DNA of 64,000 nt from an uncultured virus (IMG/VR IMGVR_UViG_3300032322_002078) (taxonomy: Duplodnaviria; Heunggongvirae; Uroviricota; Caudoviricetes). Where the stretch lies: the IMG/VR virus record IMGVR_UViG_3300032322_002078, one strand, 5' to 3'. Below the pieces are notes generated by a model. That model searched no databases. It saw only the letters and a list, made by a program, of their open reading frames with translations, and was not told the DNA's origin. The translations under genes were made by a program, and so were the position numbers. Positions within the stretch are counted from its first letter, which is position 1. Every line of letters starts with the position of its first letter. Shown in pieces: positions 57,639 to 64,000 of the stretch.

Positions 57639-59801
57639 TTAAAATGGGGGGTCATCGGACAGTCCGAAGTCATCCACAAAGTTTCTGCTGTTGAATCCGT
57701 TGTTGTAGCGATCAGGTTCTTCGGCAACCGGTTTATTACCGACGGGCTTTCCGGTCTTCCAGAACTCAAAGATATCGAAGTCGTAGTAAGGTTGAGACGC
57801 ATCGGCTTTAATCATGAATCTACCCCGCGACGGCTTGTAGATCATCTTGATGGGTTCTTCTTCCGGAGTGGGCCTGCCTCCGGTTTCCATGACCTTGATT
57901 TTGTCGACATGGATATCGGTGTACATCCAGTAGTCGGCGTTCTTGGTGTTGCGGTGAACCGTGATGAAATCATCGGCGCGACTAGCGAATTTATTACCGC
58001 CCTCGATTTCATACATCTTCGGTGGCTTGTCTGGATCTCTGCCGACCCTGCGGGCGCCGTCCGTACCGGTGTGGGCATTGAGGTATATCGACACGCCGGT
58101 CCTTCTGATGAAGACCCTCATTTCAGTGGTGGCGGCGTAATCGTAGTCGTGTTTATTACCGCCTATCATGCGGAGCTTCTTAGCTAGTTCGTCGTCTACC
58201 ACAAGCGAGTTGTAGGGGTCAATCATGACGGCGTTGTAATGGCTTTCGGACAGCAGCTCTTCGGTGATGTTGAGGATATCCCTGAAGCTGTAGACGTGCT
58301 CATTGGTGATGAATGTGAAGTGGTTCCGGATAAAGGCCTCGGCGCTTTGGAACTCGGCGTCACTGAAAGCCGACATCTGCTTGCCTGCATGGGTCTCCAT
58401 GATCTTGCGGATGACGAATTCATAGTCGTTCTCGCCGGTATAGATCACCCACCGCCAGCCGTGAGCCATGGCGCTGACCGCAGCCATGAACCACATCCAG
58501 GTCGACTTGCCGACATTAGCCAGGCCGTGTATGATGTTGAACTGGGCGGGTTTGAATCGCATGAAGTCATCGATGTGGCGATGCCCCACACTAAGGCCTT
58601 CGGGAAGACTACCGCTACGCACCATGTTGAGGTAGGGTACGGCATTGGTGAAGTCACCGATAAATGAACTTATATCGGAATTCGTGTTGTCGGGATCATC
58701 CATCTTGCTGTCGTCGGGGACCCGAACGGATTTGGCGGGACCGGGATCCTGCTGTTGGGCCGCCCCTAGCTTACCGTAACGGGTCTGAGCTGATTGTTTG
58801 GCGGATCCGTAGCCCAGCTCTTGCAGAGCTTGTATGGCGGCATGGGTATCGCCGCCGTGCTCCAACATGGTGTAGATACCGAAAGGGCTGTAGGAAGGCG
58901 TCCTGCCGTTGTGCTCGGTTTCGAAAACCGTACTGGAACTAAACACCACAAGGCGATTGGTGTCGAGGTGGTAGTATGCGCTGTGCTCTCTGCTGTTATA
59001 AGGTTTTCCAGGCCTGAGTAGCTTGACTGTATTGGGGTTTGTGTTGCCTTTTGCGGTCCAGCCGTAGCTCTCCAGAAGTGTGATGCCATCGGTTCTGTTG
59101 TTGTAGTCATCCCATGGCGTGATGTCATTAGAGGCGATTTGAGAGCGTTTTGATGACTGGGTGGTACTAGACACCGGATCTTCGGTAAAGGTCTCGGAGA
59201 ACGAACGCAAGGTGGCAATACAGGCATTATACTCGGCGGATGTCAACACCCCGATGTTGTCGAAATTGTTTTTGAGGATGCTGTATCCCGGTGACGGCGC
59301 CACCAGAAAATAACCTCCCTCGCTACGGGTTTCTATCAGGACGCGGGTTGCGGTCTTGATTTTGGGGTTGGATTTTTGGAGCTCACGGAGTTCGTCGGCA
59401 CTGCAGTCCCGCATGGCGAGTTTTCGGTTTCCCGGTAGTTTTATGTCGGGTTCGACCTTGACGATGAAATGGTAGCCTCCCGATACGGTTTTCTGAATGA
59501 CGGACTTCTTCAGGACGCCTGGGCAGGTTTCGGCGAGTTTGTTCTTGACTCTTGTGGCCAGATCTGAGGTGAGATCGTATTTGGTGTCGATGTCGAAGCA
59601 GATCAGATTGCCGCTGACCTCTCCGGCGATGATGGCGATACCCCATGCGGAGGCCGTCAGGGAGTCGATCTCGGCGCCGGGTATGTTGTGGGTATATCCA
59701 TTGCGTTTGAATGCAACCAAGGGCTGCTTTTGCTGGTTTACGGGGATTACTGAGTACCCCAGCGATCTTAATTTTTTACTCTGTTCTGAATTCGCGGTCA
59801 T
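57639..59801 (-). CDS. bifunctional primase-polymerase (Prim-Pol) fused to an SF4/DnaB-like helicase
   Basis: GYSVIPV, CFDIDTK, KTVSGGYH, ETRSEGGYFLVAPS; helicase GLANVGKST, MIDPYN, LNAH, RADDFITVHR. Confidence 0.88.
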   Translation of the reverse strand: MTANSEQSKKLRSLGYSVIPVNQQKQPLVAFKRNGYTHNIPGAEIDSLTASAWGIAIIAGEVSGNLICFDIDTKYDLTSDLATRVKNKLAETCPGVLKKSVIQKTVSGGYHFIVKVEPDIKLPGNRKLAMRDCSADELRELQKSNPKIKTATRVLIETRSEGGYFLVAPSPGYSILKNNFDNIGVLTSAEYNACIATLRSFSETFTEDPVSSTTQSSKRSQIASNDITPWDDYNNRTDGITLLESYGWTAKGNTNPNTVKLLRPGKPYNSREHSAYYHLDTNRLVVFSSSTVFETEHNGRTPSYSPFGIYTMLEHGGDTHAAIQALQELGYGSAKQSAQTRYGKLGAAQQQDPGPAKSVRVPDDSKMDDPDNTNSDISSFIGDFTNAVPYLNMVRSGSLPEGLSVGHRHIDDFMRFKPAQFNIIHGLANVGKSTWMWFMAAVSAMAHGWRWVIYTGENDYEFVIRKIMETHAGKQMSAFSDAEFQSAEAFIRNHFTFITNEHVYSFRDILNITEELLSESHYNAVMIDPYNSLVVDDELAKKLRMIGGNKHDYDYAATTEMRVFIRRTGVSIYLNAHTGTDGARRVGRDPDKPPKMYEIEGGNKFASRADDFITVHRNTKNADYWMYTDIHVDKIKVMETGGRPTPEEEPIKMIYKPSRGRFMIKADASQPYYDFDIFEFWKTGKPVGNKPVAEEPDRYNNGFNSRNFVDDFGLSDDPPF

Positions 59802-61255
59802 ATCTGTCCTCTTAGTTTGGTTCTGACATCGGCTCTGATGTCATCGATGGGGCGGGGTTGGTTATTGTGGTCGACGATTTCTACGCCGTACTGCAGTTTG
59901 GGGTTGAGTTCGGGGTCGCCTTTGAAGTAGATCTGCAGGACGTAGTTCTCGGCGTCTTGTTTTGTGCGGAAGCCCTGTTTGGCAGTTGGTTTGGGTTGGT
60001 CGGGTTTTTTGTAGATGCCCTGGCGGTCGTTGCGAACGAATGTCCCGATGCGCTTGCCGACGTCGAAGGCTTCGGCTTTGGATATCCTCGGCTTTCCGCT
60101 TGGCAGTGGTTCCATCCAGTGCGCGACGAAGTCCTCTACCAGGGTGTCGGTGTAGCGGTCCCGGAATCTGTTGAGCTCGGTACGGAGGTCGAGCTCGTTC
60201 CAATCCCGAAACGATTTTTTGCGCGGTTTGGGGTCGGCGCCGCCCTCTGGGTGTGTGTTGATTTCTTCCTGGCTTTTTGTTGGGTTTTGGGTTTTTGCAG
60301 AAAATGCGGTTTTCGCAGGTTCTCCTTTCTTTTCCCCTCTGCACTCCCCTTTGTTTACCTCTCCTAGATATATATAAAATTTTTTTTTGAATGTAATATT
60401 GTTTTTTTTAATATTATTTTCTGAATTGTTTACTTTACTAAATTCTTTTAATAAATAATCTTTATATATTAATCCTAAATAATTAATACTAATAACGCGC
60501 ACACGTGCGAGAGCACCATTTTTTTTGAGTCTGCCGGCCGTCGTGTATTGCAGAATTCCGTTTTTTGCCGGTGTTACAATGCTGATTATGTGGCTTTTAT
60601 GTTTTTCTACTTTTTCGACAAAAACTGATTCGGTTAGGTTGTTAGGTTTTTGAGTTTGTAGTGTTTCCGGGCTTTCTTGAATTTTGCTTACTGGCCGAGT
60701 TAGGTTATTAGGTTTTTTTTCACTGTTGTCGTTGCTTCTTTCTGCATCGGAAACCAAATAACCTAACTCGGCGACTTTTGGTACTGTTTGGCCATGGCCG
60801 TTTTCGACAAAAACTGATTCGGTTAGGTTGTTAGGTTTTTGAGTTTGTAGTGTTTCCGGGCTTTCTTGAATTTTGCTTACTGGCCGAGTTAGGTTATTAG
60901 GTTTTTGTTGATCGGAAGTCAGATTGAATTCAGAAGTATTGAAATATTCCTGCTCGGCTGATTTTCGCTCGGTTAGGTTGTTAGGTTTTTCTTGGCTTGA
61001 CTGCGTAAGATTTTTGACGACGGGTCTGCCCCCTTTTCTGCCATTAAGTTTTGATGTCAGAATGCGTCTGTCGGATTTCTGTATTGCGGATTTCATTACC
61101 TCGACAATATCTTTTAAGTGCGAGGGGATCTCGATGTGGTTCTGCCGGAATGCGTATTCACACAGAGCATCATAGAACACCAGTCTGTCGGCGTCGTCGA
61201 AAGATCGAATGATTGTGTAGTCCTGGCTTGATATCGCCGGAGTCTGTTTTGCCAT
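59798..61255 (-). CDS. replication initiator (DUF6291-like N-terminus, lambda O-like organisation)
   Basis: FYDALCEYAF...NGRKGGRP; internal repeats; C-terminal DFVAHWME domain; adjacent to the primase-helicase. Confidence 0.75.
   Translation of the reverse strand: MAKQTPAISSQDYTIIRSFDDADRLVFYDALCEYAFRQNHIEIPSHLKDIVEVMKSAIQKSDRRILTSKLNGRKGGRPVVKNLTQSSQEKPNNLTERKSAEQEYFNTSEFNLTSDQQKPNNLTRPVSKIQESPETLQTQKPNNLTESVFVENGHGQTVPKVAELGYLVSDAERSNDNSEKKPNNLTRPVSKIQESPETLQTQKPNNLTESVFVEKVEKHKSHIISIVTPAKNGILQYTTAGRLKKNGALARVRVISINYLGLIYKDYLLKEFSKVNNSENNIKKNNITFKKKFYIYLGEVNKGECRGEKKGEPAKTAFSAKTQNPTKSQEEINTHPEGGADPKPRKKSFRDWNELDLRTELNRFRDRYTDTLVEDFVAHWMEPLPSGKPRISKAEAFDVGKRIGTFVRNDRQGIYKKPDQPKPTAKQGFRTKQDAENYVLQIYFKGDPELNPKLQYGVEIVDHNNQPRPIDDIRADVRTKLRGQI
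60612..60990. repeat. putative replication origin: 106-bp direct repeat x2 and five 19-bp iterons
   Basis: Repeat copies 60612-60717 and 60801-60906; GTTAGGTTRTTAGGTTTTT at 60633, 60699, 60822, 60888, 60972; AT-rich tract at ~60369-60495. Confidence 0.8.
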
Positions 61256-61430
61256 CCCGAGATTATTAAGCCCCAGACCCCTGTGTTTGGAATGAGCACA
61301 GCCGAGCTCGGTACACAGGAGAATGGGGCAGTTTTTATGTCTTTCTATGGGGCCCTGCAATTCCACCTACAGGGTTGATGCAAAGCTATGGAAAGACTTT
61401 ATATTTGTGCAAGTCTTTTTTAATATTTTT

Positions 61431-61601
61431 ATGATTATTATCGTCTCAGCCTACGTATTTCTGCTGTTTATGTTCATGTTTAAGCCGACATCCATGTACC
61501 ATAAAGGTCGTTTTGACAGACCCCCCTGGGGGCCTTACTTTTTTTTCCATGTGGTATCGGTAGCCCTGGCATACCTGATTGATCGTATTTGCGGGAGCTA
61601 A
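61431..61601 (+). CDS. small membrane protein
   Basis: MIIIVSAYVFLLFMFMF... two hydrophobic stretches; downstream of TATATTTG at 61400. Confidence 0.4.
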   Translation: MIIIVSAYVFLLFMFMFKPTSMYHKGRFDRPPWGPYFFFHVVSVALAYLIDRICGS

Positions 61602-61866
61602 GGGGTCTTATACCCATTCTGAGCGGGCTCGCGCGCGAGAAAAAAATACCCCCCTGCTAGGCCGTTTTCCTAGCAAATACAGGCAATACAGCCCTGATTT
61701 AATCGCAAGCCAACCCACTAAAATAAAAAAATAGAAACCTGCTAGTTATTCGACGCGAATCAATCCAAAACATCAATAAAATAAAGTTTTGCAGCCCGTA
61801 ACGCGTCGAACAACGCGTTACCTGATAATTAATTATATTTGCAATAAACCTTTGAAAGCCCTGATT

Positions 61867-62463
61867 ATGCTAGGAAAGCAAGAAGCTATGGAATTATGGA
61901 AAAAATATTACTTGCACACTGCAAACTCACTAAAGTGCCTGGGAAACAACGACCGTAACTACTTGGCATTCAGGCGTTTGAAGCTGAATAATCACGTAAA
62001 ATACTCACCCTCAAGAACTTACCTAAAACCTAGCTCTCACTTACGAGTCCGAGCCGCTGTTAAGTACAAATATATCGACTCAATGCCCTTAGTATCAGAG
62101 GTTTACAGTAACGCAAATCATTACGCGGTCAAGCTAGTAAATAACTTTGAATATCTATGTGCGTGGCACGGCATAGCCGTCGACGCCGCATGTAAAAATA
62201 TGCGCAAACAAGGCATAAACATAAGCGCTAGGGCGCTAAGTGACTACAAGCGAATCAGCACGATTTTCAACCCCGTTTATCAATTTGCCTTGGCAATTTA
62301 TTTTGGTGAACCTTATGCAAGAATGGTGTCTCAGGACTACAGTTCACAAAAACTAAAACCTTACAGGTCCATACCACCCCAAACCCTATATAAAGACCTG
62401 ATTAACAGTCCTTACCACGTCCGTGAGCGTTACCGACTCAAGGAATTCCTACCCAAAGCCTAA
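61867..62463 (+). CDS. putative HTH (XRE-like) DNA-binding protein
   Basis: C-terminal half ...ISARALSDYKR...ALAIYFGEP resembles an XRE HTH; TATATTTG at 61834-61841. Confidence 0.5.
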   Translation: MLGKQEAMELWKKYYLHTANSLKCLGNNDRNYLAFRRLKLNNHVKYSPSRTYLKPSSHLRVRAAVKYKYIDSMPLVSEVYSNANHYAVKLVNNFEYLCAWHGIAVDAACKNMRKQGINISARALSDYKRISTIFNPVYQFALAIYFGEPYARMVSQDYSSQKLKPYRSIPPQTLYKDLINSPYHVRERYRLKEFLPKA

Positions 62464-62630
62464 CCAAAAACATAACAAGCACATTATCAGCATCTTAAAG
62501 AATGCCTTTCATTTATACTTTTAAGACAATTTAGGTATAATTACAGGTACTTGTGCCCAAAACAGTGCACCCCAAACAAAAAATAATCAGCCTGATAATC
62601 AGCACGTTAACACCCAAACTAAAAAAATAA

Positions 62631-62661
62631 TTTGGAGGTTTCAACATTCTAACTACCTTTG
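62631..62661 (+). promoter_or_regulatory. consensus Bacteroidota sigma-A promoter
   Basis: TTTG (62631)-19 nt-TACCTTTG (62654), with an upstream A tract. Confidence 0.8.
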
Positions 62662-62667
62662 TTGCCG

Positions 62668-63351
62668 TTAACGTTCTTTATACCACGGGTTTTGAGTGCT
62701 TAATATATATACCATGCGTGACGCCTGCTATAGCACAACACAAACAGTCCCAAAATTAGTTTTCAAACCAACGTCGTGAGACGTCGATAAACTAGGCAGG
62801 TCTAACTGAATTCGGAACCTGAATAAAATTAACTGAATTACTACGGGCGCACTTTAATAGCATGTTTTGCGCCGACTAAAAAAAATAAAACTGCACGTCG
62901 TTATTGCGTTTCCGCATCGACTGAATAAATAAGCGTTTATTCAGGTAAGCCGATAAAAATAACACAGGTTAGTCACCTAGGCTGCATGAATATCAACAAA
63001 CCGAATCGACAAAATACATAAGGTTGTTGCAGGGCAGCGCTACACTACAGGCAAGGCAAGCCACACATCGTAGTTAGTAAACTAGGCAACCGCGACGCAA
63101 AATCGTTAGGTTGAACGAAGGCACAAAACCACTAGCGAATTCATTTTCGCCGCGACGTGGGGACGGCATAAGTGACCAAATGTAAAAGTGAGGGCAGTGC
63201 TCACAATAATAAACGTGGCGGTTATTTCAGGCGGGTGACACGCAACATGAACTAACCTTAAAAAAATATATAGGCAGCGCTTAGATAGTGCAGCCCCGTT
63301 TTACGGGGGACGTGGCTAGGCTAATAGAATCGAATTCAGCGCTGCCTACCA
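62668..63351 (+). ncRNA. candidate large structured non-coding RNA or leader (~690 nt)
   Basis: No ORF of 60 aa or more; promoter immediately upstream; many hairpins including a GNRA-capped one; closing 11-bp stem followed by CCA. Confidence 0.45.
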
Positions 63352-63377
63352 AACAATTAATCAAATAAAATCAGCCT

Positions 63378-64000
63378 ATGAAAAAAACCAATATCTACGT
63401 AGTGAACGGCAAAACATTCACTAACGGACGCGAAGCCTGCCAATACGCCTGGGACGGCGGTTATTTACCGAACCGAAGCCGTCCCGAATTGACAGATAAA
63501 TTCAATCCTTTAATGATGCTGCAAACCGCGGCGCAAAACGGGTGCGAATTGTTTGTGAACGGCAAACCTTTTACCACGGGCGCCTCGGTGCCTAATCCTG
63601 AAAAACAGGAACCCGCGATTAAATCATCTAATAATAATAATAATAATCAGCCCATGAAGCCAAACCAAAACCTAGAGCAACCCGCGCAGCAATTAGCCGA
63701 CGCCCTGCAAAACCTGCTAAGCAGTCAAACCCCTAAGCTAGACGAAAGTCGTGTAGTTGAATTAATCAAACAGCATAGCGTCGACGAAAGCCTGCTTATT
63801 GACCTCATTCAAGCCCATAGCGGTGTGAAGGTGGTCGAAATCAAAAAGCCCGACGTACCCAACATCAAAGTCGGTGTTCAGCACAAGAATTTCGAACGCC
63901 TAGTCCAATCAATTTCGGCGGGTGTTAATGTAATGCTAGTCGGCGAGGCGGGCAGCGGGAAATCGAGCGCCGCCGCGAATGTAGCCAAAGCGCTGAATTT
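63378..64000 (+). CDS. AAA+ ATPase (MoxR/CbbQ/CobS-like), truncated by the window end
   Basis: Translated by hand; open from MKKTNIYVVNG to the edge; QHKNFERL...VMLVGEAGSGKSS Walker A. Confidence 0.8.
   Translation, partial: MKKTNIYVVNGKTFTNGREACQYAWDGGYLPNRSRPELTDKFNPLMMLQTAAQNGCELFVNGKPFTTGASVPNPEKQEPAIKSSNNNNNNQPMKPNQNLEQPAQQLADALQNLLSSQTPKLDESRVVELIKQHSVDESLLIDLIQAHSGVKVVEIKKPDVPNIKVGVQHKNFERLVQSISAGVNVMLVGEAGSGKSSAAANVAKALN

Noticed and set aside
21351..60400. Many 60-200 aa + strand ORFs antisense to large - strand genes
   Set aside because: Shadow ORFs with no motifs, fully nested opposite well-supported genes
63271..63351. Canonical tRNA gene
   Set aside because: T-stem and anticodon-arm geometry do not fit a cloverleaf; kept only as a tRNA-like element
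63630..63647. (AAT)6 microsatellite as a phase-variation switch
   Set aside because: A trinucleotide unit keeps the frame; it encodes a poly-Asn linker in the AAA ATPase
1..64000. Stop-codon reassignment as in some crAss-like phages
   Set aside because: Terminase, portal, MCP and the 4149-aa ORF are intact in the standard code, and TAA, TAG and TGA all end plausible genes

Overview
A 64 kb segment of a tailed dsDNA phage genome, probably a crAss-like or related podovirus. The host is probably Bacteroidota, inferred from the many TAnnTTTG promoter boxes and host-like secreted and signalling genes. All calls come from motif recognition by eye; no database searches were run. Layout: (1) 1-11.8 kb, mostly + strand: serine recombinase, SSB-like protein, PD-(D/E)XK and DEDDh nucleases, C5-methyltransferase-like protein, PAPS-reductase-family protein, a short array of small genes separated by attC-like hairpins, and a block with a T9SS-like secreted protein and a PAS-HisKA protein. 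(2) 11.7-54 kb, - strand: lysis genes (M15 endolysin, unimolecular-spanin-like lipoprotein), tail and fibre genes, a 4149-aa polyvalent virion protein, tail/ring proteins, capsid, scaffold, portal, RuvC-like resolvase and terminase. (3) 54-61.3 kb, - strand: small hypotheticals, a Prim-Pol/SF4 helicase fusion and a DUF6291-type replication initiator with internal iterons. (4) 61.4-64 kb, + strand: an HTH-like protein, a ~700 nt ORF-free, hairpin-rich region behind a consensus promoter, and a truncated AAA ATPase. The strongest novelty candidate is the integron-like cassette array at ~7.8-9.0 kb. Each cassette has its own complementary ends (GTTA...TAAC), the junction hairpins are non-canonical, and no integron integrase is present in the window.
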